DNA from: a virus
Length of the DNA: 64,000 bases
Virus record (IMG/VR): IMGVR_UViG_3300028045_000010
Span: 8,060-72,059 of that record
Strand: one strand, 5' to 3'
Shown: piece by piece, positions 36,284-47,263 of the stretch
Layout of the letters: the number at the start of each line of letters is the position of its first letter
Numbering within the stretch: position 1 is the first letter of the stretch
Notes under the pieces: generated by a model
Told to the model about the DNA's origin: nothing
The model's input: only the letters and a program-made list of their open reading frames with translations
Databases searched by the model: none
Translations under genes and position numbers: made by a program

Positions 36284-38815
36284 ATGACATCTATAAATAC
36301 GGGTACAACTTTGGATGTAAATCCTACGCCTGGTAGAGACGTAAGGTTCGCTGCGACAAGCTCTGAATCGGTTTTTACTTTTGGAAATTTCAGATTAGAA
36401 AGAGATAGAGAAGAAAATCTCTTAGATAATACTGGTTCTCAAATCTCTTTCACTTCATATTATAATATAAACAATTCAGATTCTAATGATTTTGATGTAT
36501 TAAAAATTATTAATACAAAAGAAAATGAATTAAACTTAAACCCAGAAGAGCCAACTAGTTATGCTTATTTTGGCTCTTTTTATACTAAAGTTGCTAATTC
36601 AATAAATAAAATAGTAGATAATTTTCCTTATCCATTCTTATCTCATCCTATTAGTGGCGGAATAACAATTTACGATTATTCTCACGATATAATACAAAAC
36701 TATTCATCTTTTAAAGTAGCTTTTTCTTCTATTACAAATCAAGGAAATATTATATATGTTTCTGGTCGTACAGAACAGAGTGATTTGGAAATAGATTTAT
36801 TTAATGATACTAATAAATTTTCTATTCAATTAAGTGGAGAGTCTCAAAGTACAATTACTGGAGACACTTTTGTTAACACAATACATAAGATAATTTCTTA
36901 TAATTATTCTATTAATAATTATTTTGAGTTTAACATAGAAGGCATATTGTTACCACAAGCGTCTACAACTGCAACCACTTTTAACTATCCTTTATATATA
37001 AGGCCTACAAGAAAAAGATATGGTCAATATAAAAAAACAATATCTAACCTAGAAGACCAACTGCTTAATAGTGGAAATTTTTTAATGCCAAACCTAGATA
37101 CTGAAACTTATGAGAGAGTTACTTTTACTTGGCCTAGAACAATAGATGGATTTTCTCCCAATAGTTATGGTTCTGAATTTGAAAACTATGCAACATCTAT
37201 ATTAAATTCATCAAGAAGTGTTGATGAAGAAAAAACTAATATAATGCTTAGGACAATGCTTCCTGAGAATTATATTAATTTAGATTCAGAAAATGATATA
37301 TACAGAAAACTAACAACAACTTATTCAGAAGAATTTGATAAAATTAAACAATACATAGATGGATTGGCCTATGCTCACTCAATTAGTTATGACGGCTCTG
37401 AAAGTGTGCCTAATAAATTTATAGTAAGATTAGCAAATCTTTTGGGAGCCAAATTACCTAATGCATTTGTTGCAGAAAATATAGTAGACTATCTGTCTGG
37501 TGAGATTGATAATACTGGTAATTCTTACGAAGATTATAATTTAGAGCTTTGGAGAAGAATGTTAAGCAACATAGTTTGGTTATACAAAAAAAGAGGAACT
37601 AGAGATGCTTTAACTTTTATTTTTAAACTTTTAGGAGCTCCAGATTGTTTGTTTAATTTAGAAGAATTTATTTATGATGTAAAAAAAGTAGAAGAAACCA
37701 TAACTACAGATGCTACAAATTCTCTATTAGAAGATGCTGGTGGAGGTGTTGATGGTAGTGGTAGTGTTGTTTCAGTCCTAAATTTAGATAATAGTGCAAC
37801 AGATGACCTTGGAAATCCAATAGATGGACTTTCTGAAAAACAAGATGGATATCCAGATGTAAATGCTACATTATTTCAAGCTGGTGGTGGAGGAAGAGGT
37901 GATGGCCAAGCGTTTATTCAAAGTTTGGGAGATGTTTATGAGCCAACAATTCGTGTTGATAATTTAAAAATAAAGACAGGAAATACAAGAAATATAGTAA
38001 ACACAAAAGAAATTAACGTAGACCTTAGACCCTCTAGAGCAATAGAGTGCGATGTGATGGATTGGTATGAAATTGGATATGGATGGTGGGGATGGGGAAG
38101 TCTTTCTCCTGTATTTTCCGCTATGACCGTTCCTTTTGAGTGGCAAGTAGAAGAGCTTGATTCTGTTATTCCTCCAAATATGAGCGCAATGACCATTCAA
38201 GAGTGGGTAGAATATATATATACTGCTAATGTAGACCCAAGAAATAGAAAAACTCTAGGCTGGCAACAAGGCCATACGGGAATATATTTGGATTTGAAAA
38301 AGATATACATAACGTATATGCTATTAAATGCAAATATGTCCAACAGGCTAACGTTTAAAAAGTTAGAGAAATTTTTAAACTTATTAGAAAGAAACTTTGA
38401 GGACCTAGTTCCGTTTTTCACTCCTGCAACAAGTATATTAAATTCATATGGTACAGTATATGCAAATACCGCATTTAATAGACATAGATTTATATATAGA
38501 CCAGGTATAAATGATGGTTCAGAATTTAAAATAAAATTACCTCTTGTTTTTGAGCCAACTATACAAGCTGTAGACTTTACCGTAAGTATAGAAAATAACT
38601 TTGACAAAGATATAAATGCACATAATTTAACGGCAACAATACCAAAAAGTCCAGAAGGAAATGTTGACATTTCCAATTTTGAAGTTACATTACCTACATC
38701 ATTAAATCCTAATACAAATGTGGCAAACTACGCAGCTAGCATATTTAAAGAAGATTTAAATTTAGAACCATATGCAGACCCTCAAAAACTTACACCAATA
38801 ACTTATCCAGAATAA
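36284..38815 (+). CDS. baseplate wedge/tail protein (P2 gpI-like motif)
   Basis: LWRRMLSNIVWLYKKRGTRDAL. Confidence 0.6.
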   Translation: MTSINTGTTLDVNPTPGRDVRFAATSSESVFTFGNFRLERDREENLLDNTGSQISFTSYYNINNSDSNDFDVLKIINTKENELNLNPEEPTSYAYFGSFYTKVANSINKIVDNFPYPFLSHPISGGITIYDYSHDIIQNYSSFKVAFSSITNQGNIIYVSGRTEQSDLEIDLFNDTNKFSIQLSGESQSTITGDTFVNTIHKIISYNYSINNYFEFNIEGILLPQASTTATTFNYPLYIRPTRKRYGQYKKTISNLEDQLLNSGNFLMPNLDTETYERVTFTWPRTIDGFSPNSYGSEFENYATSILNSSRSVDEEKTNIMLRTMLPENYINLDSENDIYRKLTTTYSEEFDKIKQYIDGLAYAHSISYDGSESVPNKFIVRLANLLGAKLPNAFVAENIVDYLSGEIDNTGNSYEDYNLELWRRMLSNIVWLYKKRGTRDALTFIFKLLGAPDCLFNLEEFIYDVKKVEETITTDATNSLLEDAGGGVDGSGSVVSVLNLDNSATDDLGNPIDGLSEKQDGYPDVNATLFQAGGGGRGDGQAFIQSLGDVYEPTIRVDNLKIKTGNTRNIVNTKEINVDLRPSRAIECDVMDWYEIGYGWWGWGSLSPVFSAMTVPFEWQVEELDSVIPPNMSAMTIQEWVEYIYTANVDPRNRKTLGWQQGHTGIYLDLKKIYITYMLLNANMSNRLTFKKLEKFLNLLERNFEDLVPFFTPATSILNSYGTVYANTAFNRHRFIYRPGINDGSEFKIKLPLVFEPTIQAVDFTVSIENNFDKDINAHNLTATIPKSPEGNVDISNFEVTLPTSLNPNTNVANYAASIFKEDLNLEPYADPQKLTPITYPE

Positions 38816-38816
38816 T

Positions 38817-40298
38817 ATGCCTATAAATAAAATTATAACATCTAGGACAATTGGTGAAAGCGATGGTATTTCTCAAGTATTTATACAAAATAATATACCT
38901 AAAATATTAGAACCATTAGTTGAGCCTAAAATATTTAATTTACCTCTTTATAACTTAGAGGGAGCTACTTTTAAATATTATCAACAAGTAGTTGATGGTA
39001 TTTCTGTAAATGTAAATAATGAAAAAACATTAACATATGACTATACGGCAAACACAACTTCCTTTAGTTCTATTACTAATGTTATTTATGATATTTATAG
39101 AGTAGATTTTCCTACATACGATGCAGTTTCAAACGACTTAAATGAAAATAGTCTTACAGGTTCTACTGGATTTACTCCCACATTAGAGACTATATCATCT
39201 CTGTTGGCAACTCCTTTAGCTACTATTTATGAAACTGGTGATACAATATCTACCCCTACTCACATTGTTTCGCTTCCTGAAATTATAAAGCCAATAGGTG
39301 GTTTTGCTGAACAATTACTCTTAGATAAAGCACAATATTTTATAGATACAAGATATGAATTTATTCAAGAAAGAGATAAGACACTAGGTGGATTTGAGAC
39401 GTTTAGTGGAGGTTCAGTTGTTGATTTTTCATATTCTGGTCTTAATTCAGATGGAAACTTTTTAATTACAACACAAAAAGATGAAACGATAATTAGTGGA
39501 GGAACATATTCTGGCTTAACTACCAATGGAGCTATATTTACTTATTTTTCAGCGCCGCAAAAACCAAATATAGACGTAATAGATGATGCGCCAACTGTAA
39601 TTGGACAATTAGATACTTTTTCACCTATTTTTAGTTTTAACAACGTTTCTGATGGTGATTACTATAAGCTTCAAGTTACTTACGACTTATCAGATGCTAC
39701 ATTTTTAAGCGCATTTACTTTTAATATAGACCGCCAACCTGGTATAGCTGATTTTATAAGAACGCACTCTGTAACATTGTCTCCAGACTCTTCTTTTTTA
39801 TATAGATTTGGCAATACTAAAGAGGTTATAAATGTATTTGGAGTAAAGCAAAATGTAACTAACTGGGGCAGAAGCGAAACTGCTATAACAGATACAGACG
39901 GAATTTATACAGTGCAAGGAACTGTTTATCAAGATTATAATTATGGGTGTCCAGTTTCTGGGGCGACTGTTGTATTTACAGTCTCATTAACTACAGCAAC
40001 ATTAGAGGTTGGAGTTGATACAACAACTGATATTTCAATTGCTGCAGGAACTAATGAGCCTATAGGTGGAGGTGTTGGTACGAGCTTTTCTGCTTTAACA
40101 GATTCTAGTGGTAATTATACTGTTAGCAATGTTGCTGGCGGTAGTGGAATAGTTACTGTTACAAAGTTCGGGTATGATGATACTCCTCAACCTTATGATA
40201 TAGATGGAGATACTGTAGGTCTTGACTTAACAATAAACCTACTATGGAGTAGTACAGGTACAACATTTGCAGATGTAGGAGAATGTATTTTTGTATAA
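38817..40298 (+). CDS. virion protein with carboxypeptidase-regulatory-like (Ig-like) domain
   Basis: VQGTVY...PVSGATV...TDSSGNYTV. Confidence 0.55.
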   Translation: MPINKIITSRTIGESDGISQVFIQNNIPKILEPLVEPKIFNLPLYNLEGATFKYYQQVVDGISVNVNNEKTLTYDYTANTTSFSSITNVIYDIYRVDFPTYDAVSNDLNENSLTGSTGFTPTLETISSLLATPLATIYETGDTISTPTHIVSLPEIIKPIGGFAEQLLLDKAQYFIDTRYEFIQERDKTLGGFETFSGGSVVDFSYSGLNSDGNFLITTQKDETIISGGTYSGLTTNGAIFTYFSAPQKPNIDVIDDAPTVIGQLDTFSPIFSFNNVSDGDYYKLQVTYDLSDATFLSAFTFNIDRQPGIADFIRTHSVTLSPDSSFLYRFGNTKEVINVFGVKQNVTNWGRSETAITDTDGIYTVQGTVYQDYNYGCPVSGATVVFTVSLTTATLEVGVDTTTDISIAAGTNEPIGGGVGTSFSALTDSSGNYTVSNVAGGSGIVTVTKFGYDDTPQPYDIDGDTVGLDLTINLLWSSTGTTFADVGECIFV

Positions 40299-40374
40299 TG
40301 ATTTACATTTTTAATTAAATAAATAAATTAACACAATAAAAATAGATAGTAATATTTATAAAAAAAGAAAATAA

Positions 40375-42393
40375 ATGTCAGACATAATATTAACTGGTGA
40401 TAACGTAAATGAAGGTAGGATTAAAATTAATTCTGCTCTTGATGCTCTTGACATTTTATGGTCTGGTGATGTGGGCAATTATTCTATACAATCTATTAGT
40501 GGAACTAGTAGCTTATCAGATACAGATGGAGATTATTCTATAAACTTTATTAAAGGAACTTCTGACAATGATGTATTAGGAGATTATTCACATGGTGAAG
40601 GATATAATAATTTTATATGGGGTGGTTCTGATTATTCACATGTTCAAAATTTTGACAATACAATTGGAAAACTAGCAGGAGATGCTTCATTTTCACATGT
40701 AGGTGGTAAAAGCAATGTTGTACTTAGACCTTTTGGGTTTATCCATACCAATGGGAATGATAGCCAAAAATCTTTATTTTCTTCTTATTCTTCTATTTTA
40801 GGAGGGTTTGACGGACAAATTGGAGAAGAGTTAGGTTCTGACAACAATACTAGCTCTGGTATTTTAGGTGGGTATGAACCTAAAATCGTTCAAAATACAT
40901 ATTCAAACCTTTCTGCAAATACAATATTAGGAGGCTCGTTTAATTCGATTGAAGACTGTTCTAAAAGCTCTATAATTGGTGGCTATGGATTTCCAAGAGA
41001 TGGAGAGCCATTTGGACTTCTTGATGGTCAAAATCTTATGTACCGAAGTAATTCTTCTGCAATTATATTAGGAAGGTCTCAAATTTATGATTCATTTGGG
41101 TCTATAATTATTGGAGGAGATTATTATAAACAATCAGCTCCACTTGCTAGTCAAAATCCAAACAAAATAAGCGCATCAACAACTTCTTCGATTATAAGCT
41201 CATATAATAGTACTATAAATCGTGGAGGAATCTCAACTATAATAGGAGGTGATGATAATAATATTCTTTTTTCTTCTGAGACTCCATACGTTTTTACTAC
41301 TTTGACTTCTGGCATTATTGGTGGTGAAGAAAATGTTTTAGGTACAGCATTTGAACCATTGTCGCAACCAGATGTACTTACTTATAATTCTTTTGCTGTA
41401 GCAAGTAAAGGTTCTACAATTACTGCATCAAGAAATTGTATTATTTTAGGGAGTGAAGATTGTGGAATGACCACACGTCCAACAGGTAATGTTAAAAATA
41501 ATGTTATTATTGGCACTAATACTTCTGCAATTGTATCGTTTTCCCAGACTATAAAAAACAATGCAATAATAGGGGGGGTTAAGAATAATATTTTTTTACA
41601 AGACATTAAAGATACTGTCATTATGGGTACTGGGGTAATAAACTCTATTCCTTCAACTTATGGCGCCAGCTGGCAATTAGGGTGGGGTGGGGCATCTCCT
41701 GCAGTGGCAAGCTTTGCTAATAGAACAATAGTATTTGATTTTGTAAATGGTAATGGGATGTGGGACGGCACAGCTACTTTAAGTCCCGCTGATTATGCTG
41801 AATACTTTGAATGGAATGATGGCAATCTATTAAATGAGGATAGGGTGGGGTATTTTGCTTCTTTAGTTGTCGAAAAAGTTGAAATAGGGAATCAAAATAT
41901 AGTTGGAATAGTTTCATCAAATCCAGCTTTAATTGGTAATTCTGCAGAATTAAAATGGAATAAAGTATACTTAACAGATGAGTGGGGAATAAAAATTTAT
42001 AATACTTACAAGAAATATAGTTTATATGATAATTATATATACATAGATGAAGATGATAAAATTTATGCAGACCCACCAAATTCTCATAATATTTTAGGAA
42101 CATTATTTATTGGAGAAACTAATGATAAAGTGTTTGTAGAAGATATAAAAATTGAAAAAATAAACCCAGATTTTGATATAAATTCATCATATGAACCTAG
42201 AAGTTCAAGAAAAGAATGGTCTCCAATTGGAATGTTAGGAAAGTTACACGTTAGAACTGCAGAACAAATAACAGGTAACACAATTAGTGCAGACTCTAAT
42301 GGAATGGCTATAAATGGAAATGATTATCATGTTTTAGAAAACAAAAAATCTTATGATGGAAATTATGGAATTGTTAAAATATTATTTAAATAA
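40375..42393 (+). CDS. tail fibre/spike with Peptidase_G2-type intramolecular chaperone
   Basis: IIGG beta-helix repeats; ADYAEYFEW; RKEWSPIGMLGKL. Confidence 0.8.
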   Translation: MSDIILTGDNVNEGRIKINSALDALDILWSGDVGNYSIQSISGTSSLSDTDGDYSINFIKGTSDNDVLGDYSHGEGYNNFIWGGSDYSHVQNFDNTIGKLAGDASFSHVGGKSNVVLRPFGFIHTNGNDSQKSLFSSYSSILGGFDGQIGEELGSDNNTSSGILGGYEPKIVQNTYSNLSANTILGGSFNSIEDCSKSSIIGGYGFPRDGEPFGLLDGQNLMYRSNSSAIILGRSQIYDSFGSIIIGGDYYKQSAPLASQNPNKISASTTSSIISSYNSTINRGGISTIIGGDDNNILFSSETPYVFTTLTSGIIGGEENVLGTAFEPLSQPDVLTYNSFAVASKGSTITASRNCIILGSEDCGMTTRPTGNVKNNVIIGTNTSAIVSFSQTIKNNAIIGGVKNNIFLQDIKDTVIMGTGVINSIPSTYGASWQLGWGGASPAVASFANRTIVFDFVNGNGMWDGTATLSPADYAEYFEWNDGNLLNEDRVGYFASLVVEKVEIGNQNIVGIVSSNPALIGNSAELKWNKVYLTDEWGIKIYNTYKKYSLYDNYIYIDEDDKIYADPPNSHNILGTLFIGETNDKVFVEDIKIEKINPDFDINSSYEPRSSRKEWSPIGMLGKLHVRTAEQITGNTISADSNGMAINGNDYHVLENKKSYDGNYGIVKILFK

Positions 42394-42399
42394 AATAAA

Positions 42400-44313
42400 A
42401 TGGCAGATTTAATACTTACAAGTAATACTACATATGAAGCTGTTGATTTAATTAATGGTGCACTTTCTGGTTTGACAAATTTATGGTCTGCTAGTACTGG
42501 TGACAATTCTTTAATAGCGTTAAACGATTCTGGGAATTTGGCTTCTGAAAATTCAGCCTATGCAGAAGGTTATGCTACAACCTCTAGTGGCTTCGCCTCT
42601 CATTCTGAAGGTTATATGACAGTTGCTAGCGGTAACTACTCTCATACAGAAGGGTATAAAAATACAGCTCTTGGAATCGCTTCATTTGCTGGCGGTAGCG
42701 GCTCTACAGCTGACGGTAATCAATCTTTTGTTTTTGGAAAAAACAATTCATCTACGATAGACAATAGTGCTGTGATGGGTGGTTATGAAAATGTGGTGTC
42801 AGGTAGCTCTGGTAGTAATTCAACAATATTTGCAGGCTATAAAAACAAAATTAACCTTACTGGCAACAGTACTGATACATCAACAATTGTCGGTGGAATA
42901 GAAGGTTGTATTGCAGGAAATAATGACATGACAGGAATTTTTGGAGGATTTAGAAATGCAATTTCTTCAACAACTAGTAACAACAGTGTTATAATAGGTG
43001 GTGAATATAATGTTATGAATGGTGATAATATTAAATCTTGCGTTATTTTAGGAGGTCACTCTGGGTCTACTGAAGGTAATAATATATCAAATTCATTTGA
43101 TACTTCAATTATAACTAGTAGAAATTCATCTATAAATTTTGATAACAATGGTGCTGGAGAGGGTAATCAAATAATATCTAGTTGGAATAGCTCAATTGAT
43201 GATTCGTTAGTTAGCTTTATTCATAATGTTAATTATTGCTCTATTTTAGGAGGGTATAATAACAATATAAGACCAACATTGCAATTTCCGCCAGGTAATT
43301 TAATAAAAAATATTGTAATTATTGGAGGTGAAGATAATGAGTCTGGTGGAGGTGTTGGAGCTTTAGGTAATGGTAATAATTCTGTTACATTAGCAGGTTC
43401 TGGCAATACTAATTGGGGTAAAAATTGTGTTATAGCTGGTGGTGATAACAATCTTATAGGAACTGGTATCGCTGGAAGCCCTATTGAAAATTGTGTAATA
43501 TTTGGAAGTTATAATAAAAATACAAACTCCTTACATGATGATTGCATTCAAATGGGAAACTCTTCAGTTCCAAGGTCTGCACACACAATAACTATGGGCT
43601 ATAATGCCACACCAACAGCAGGAAGTCCTGTTAACAATAGAATAGCTTTTAATATGGAATTTGGTTCTGGTATTTTTGAAGGAAGTATTGATGCTGGTCC
43701 CGCTGATTATGCAGAGTTTTTTGAGTGGAATGATAGCAATCTATTAGATGAGGATAGAGTAGGATATGCCGTTTCTTTGGTTGGTGATAAAATTGAAAAA
43801 GGAAATAATAATATAATAGGAATTACATCTGCAACTCCTGGCTTTACTTGTGACTCAGCGTCTTTAGCTTGGGATAAATTATTTTTAAGAGATGAATTTG
43901 GAAGAAAAATAGAAGAGGAATATGATTTATATTTAATAAATAGTGGACAAACAGAAATTTATATAGATAATAAAAATAACACTTTTAAAGAACCGCCTAA
44001 CCCAGAAAATATGGTTGGGGAGCTTTGTGAAGAAAATATAGATGATAAAGTTTTTAAAAAGAAAGTTAGACAATATAAAATTAATCATGACTTCGATAAA
44101 AATCAAAATTACACAACAAGAGCTGATAGAAAAGAGTGGATTGAAGTTGGTTTACTTGGCAAATTAGATATTAGAACTTCAGAACAAATAACAGGAAATA
44201 AAATTAGTATAGACTCTAGTGGGATGGCAATAAATGGAACTGATTATTATATTTTAGAAAAAACAAAAGATTATGATGGGGACTATGGTATTGTTCAAAT
44301 ATTATTTAAATAA
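42400..44313 (+). CDS. tail fibre/spike with Peptidase_G2-type chaperone
   Basis: SHSEG repeats; ADYAEFFEW; RKEWIEVGLLGKL. Confidence 0.8.
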   Translation: MADLILTSNTTYEAVDLINGALSGLTNLWSASTGDNSLIALNDSGNLASENSAYAEGYATTSSGFASHSEGYMTVASGNYSHTEGYKNTALGIASFAGGSGSTADGNQSFVFGKNNSSTIDNSAVMGGYENVVSGSSGSNSTIFAGYKNKINLTGNSTDTSTIVGGIEGCIAGNNDMTGIFGGFRNAISSTTSNNSVIIGGEYNVMNGDNIKSCVILGGHSGSTEGNNISNSFDTSIITSRNSSINFDNNGAGEGNQIISSWNSSIDDSLVSFIHNVNYCSILGGYNNNIRPTLQFPPGNLIKNIVIIGGEDNESGGGVGALGNGNNSVTLAGSGNTNWGKNCVIAGGDNNLIGTGIAGSPIENCVIFGSYNKNTNSLHDDCIQMGNSSVPRSAHTITMGYNATPTAGSPVNNRIAFNMEFGSGIFEGSIDAGPADYAEFFEWNDSNLLDEDRVGYAVSLVGDKIEKGNNNIIGITSATPGFTCDSASLAWDKLFLRDEFGRKIEEEYDLYLINSGQTEIYIDNKNNTFKEPPNPENMVGELCEENIDDKVFKKKVRQYKINHDFDKNQNYTTRADRKEWIEVGLLGKLDIRTSEQITGNKISIDSSGMAINGTDYYILEKTKDYDGDYGIVQILFK

Positions 44314-44330
44314 TTATAAAAGAAAAAGAA

Positions 44331-46607
44331 ATGGCTTTTGAAAACATACTTACTGGGGACACTTTTAATGAAGGTAGAATTAAAATAAATGAAGGTTTTA
44401 ATGAGTTTGATTTATGGGATGGAACTTCTTATGGAAATACTGTTTTTATTAATAGTCAATATCCGAATTCCACAACCTCTGAACAAACACCTTCAGAAGG
44501 TTATAATACAGTGTTCGGAGCCAATAATATTGCAGTAGAAGTTAATCCAATTTTTAATGGCACATCTAATGTAGTTATAGGATATTCAAACATATCTAAA
44601 GGAAACGTGTCTCATGCCGAGGGATATTTAACAACTACTCTTGGTAACTATTGTCACTCTGGTGGGTTTAATACTACAGTTAGCGGCTCTTCATCTTTTA
44701 TACACTCTAAAAAACAATCTAGTACAATAGCTTCTGGAGTTGATTCTGCGGTGCTATTTCAATATGATTCTGCAATATTAGGAGGTAGTGACAGTTCTAT
44801 TATAAACTATAGAGACGCTTATGCGTCATATGATGATGGTGAAATTGCGGGAAATAATTTTATACTAGGTTCTAAAGAAGTTTATATAACAGCGCAAGAT
44901 GACCCAGACGATGGGAATGGGAATCCAGAGGGTCAAGCAGGTTATAGCGTTATTGTTGGCTGTAGGTCAGATGTAATAAATCCCAATTCAGAAATATATA
45001 ACGAAGGAGTGTATGGCTCAGCTTTAATAAACACTTCTTTTTCTTATGTAAAACAAAATGGAGATAATGATTTTGGTGTTCCTATTTCTACAAGCAATGC
45101 AATAATTGGAGGTAGAAGAGGTCAAATTGAAAATTCAGATTCTTCTACAATAATTGGTTCTGGTGGGGCTGGTTTGGGTTCTACTCCTTATAATTTTATT
45201 AAAAAAGCTAAAGTTTCATCTATTATAAGTAGCTTAAATTCTAACATTGATAACGATTCGGCAATTTATTCATCTATTAAAAATTCAGTAATTTCTGGTG
45301 GTGAGGGGGATTTAATTACGATAGATATAGGTACTGGGGGTCAATCTGACTCGACTGTGGATACTATATTAAATTCAGTAATTATTGGTGGAAATGGAAA
45401 TACTATTGCTAAATATTTTGAATCTTATGCTAATGACAACGCGAATCCTACTAAAAATTGTGCAATAATTGGCGGAGAAAATAATGGAATTTTAGGAGCA
45501 AATATTAATCAATGTGTTATAGTTGGAGGAAATGAAAACAAACATCAAGCCACTAACGCATACTACGCCTTTAATCCTCAAAATAACGTTATTTTAGGAG
45601 GTGAAAATAATATTGTTAGTACTGGATATTTTGGAGCTGTAAATAATTGTGTTCTCTTAGGAGGTAAAAACAACAGACTTCAAAAAGACTCTGCTACTAG
45701 TCTTAATGTGTCTTCAGTAATTGCAGGCCAAGGATTGTGGAGTAGCTCTATAGTGGCAGCGAGAACAAACTCATTTCAAGCAGGATATAGTTTATCAACC
45801 ACTCCAAGTACTAGTGTTCGCACAATTTATTTGGACATGGAAAATGGAGACGGTCATTGGGATGGAGGTCTTAGTGTTGGCACAGCAGATTATGCTGAAT
45901 ATTTTGAATGGCAAGATGGAAATTTAAATGATGAAAAAAGATATGGTTATTTCGTTTCTTTAATTGGAGATAAAATAGAAATAGGAAATTCAGATATAGT
46001 TGGAATTGTATCCCCAACCCCAGGATTTATAGGAGATTCGGCATCATTAAAGTGGAAAGATTTTCATTTAAAAGATGAATTTAGAAGAAAATTAAAAATT
46101 GAATATAAAAAATATATAATATCTGGGCAGACGTCTGTAAATAATATAGTTGAACCTTATGAAATTATTGACTTTAAAAATTTAGACAAACTTAATAAGC
46201 TTTCATATACTGGTAGTACATCAAATGTTTATGATAGTGAAATTGTAGAGTTTTATATAGACGAAGATGATAATATATATAAAAACTATCCAAGCGCTGG
46301 TAATTTAGAAGGAATCTTATATACAGGAAGTACTGAAGATAAAATTTATATTGGAAATATTTTTGAAAATAAAATAAATCCAAATTATAATAAAGACCAA
46401 GAGTATTTATCTAGAAAAGAAAGAAAAGAGTGGTCACCAATTGGAATGTTAGGGAAATTACATGTTAGAACTTCTGAACAAATAACTTCAGATAAAATTA
46501 GTGTTGATTCTAATGGTGAAGCTATAAACGGAACTGATTATCATGTATTAAAACCAATAAAAGACTATGATGGAGATTATGGTATTGTTCAAATATTATT
46601 TAAATAA
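44331..46607 (+). CDS. tail fibre/spike with Peptidase_G2-type chaperone
   Basis: IIGG repeats; ADYAEYFEW; RKEWSPIGMLGKL. Confidence 0.8.
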   Translation: MAFENILTGDTFNEGRIKINEGFNEFDLWDGTSYGNTVFINSQYPNSTTSEQTPSEGYNTVFGANNIAVEVNPIFNGTSNVVIGYSNISKGNVSHAEGYLTTTLGNYCHSGGFNTTVSGSSSFIHSKKQSSTIASGVDSAVLFQYDSAILGGSDSSIINYRDAYASYDDGEIAGNNFILGSKEVYITAQDDPDDGNGNPEGQAGYSVIVGCRSDVINPNSEIYNEGVYGSALINTSFSYVKQNGDNDFGVPISTSNAIIGGRRGQIENSDSSTIIGSGGAGLGSTPYNFIKKAKVSSIISSLNSNIDNDSAIYSSIKNSVISGGEGDLITIDIGTGGQSDSTVDTILNSVIIGGNGNTIAKYFESYANDNANPTKNCAIIGGENNGILGANINQCVIVGGNENKHQATNAYYAFNPQNNVILGGENNIVSTGYFGAVNNCVLLGGKNNRLQKDSATSLNVSSVIAGQGLWSSSIVAARTNSFQAGYSLSTTPSTSVRTIYLDMENGDGHWDGGLSVGTADYAEYFEWQDGNLNDEKRYGYFVSLIGDKIEIGNSDIVGIVSPTPGFIGDSASLKWKDFHLKDEFRRKLKIEYKKYIISGQTSVNNIVEPYEIIDFKNLDKLNKLSYTGSTSNVYDSEIVEFYIDEDDNIYKNYPSAGNLEGILYTGSTEDKIYIGNIFENKINPNYNKDQEYLSRKERKEWSPIGMLGKLHVRTSEQITSDKISVDSNGEAINGTDYHVLKPIKDYDGDYGIVQILFK

Positions 46608-46609
46608 TT

Positions 46610-47263
46610 ATGCCTAGAATAGATTTCGATAATAATAGAGGAGAAAATTTAGCAGACCCCAAATATGATAAGGACGCTGTTAATAAAAGAACTTTAAGGA
46701 GAGGTGTAAAAACTATTGAAGACTCTTTTTTAGCTCTTACTGGAGGTACTGTAAATGGTAATGTTACTATAACTGGTGACACAATAGTAAGTGGAAACAC
46801 TACAATAGGTGGAAACACTACAATAGAAGGTAGTTTAATTGTAAGTGGTAGTACAACAACTGTTGGTGCTAGATTTAAAAAGGTTAGAGAGATTACGATA
46901 ACCGATGGTAGTTGGTCTGGTGCTGGCGAACCTGAACCAATTAATGGAGACGATGAAATAGTTTTCGTTACCGACAACACAGTGGGTGGAATTCCGATTG
47001 ACGAATTTAATATTGATTTAAGTAATGTTATAAATTCAAGCCCTGTTGGTAGGGTTATTGAGATAGTTAACGTAGATTCAGGTTCAGCAGGTTTAATAAT
47101 TGGTGCATATGCACTAGCTATTATTGGAGGAGGTTTTACCACATATACAATTAATGGAGTTACAGGTACGCCTAAAGTGGGCATTTGTGGTACAGTATAT
47201 CAATCTATAACAATCGTTAAAAGAGCCGATTTTGAAATTGTATATTATGGAACAGGTTTATAA
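46610..47263 (+). CDS. short tail-fibre-like protein
   Basis: NLADP..DKDAVNK; LTGGTVNGNVTITG repeats. Confidence 0.6.
   Translation: MPRIDFDNNRGENLADPKYDKDAVNKRTLRRGVKTIEDSFLALTGGTVNGNVTITGDTIVSGNTTIGGNTTIEGSLIVSGSTTTVGARFKKVREITITDGSWSGAGEPEPINGDDEIVFVTDNTVGGIPIDEFNIDLSNVINSSPVGRVIEIVNVDSGSAGLIIGAYALAIIGGGFTTYTINGVTGTPKVGICGTVYQSITIVKRADFEIVYYGTGL

Noticed and set aside
40375-46607. Diversity-generating retroelement targets
   Set aside because: No reverse transcriptase and no adenine-specific TR/VR pair visible in the window.
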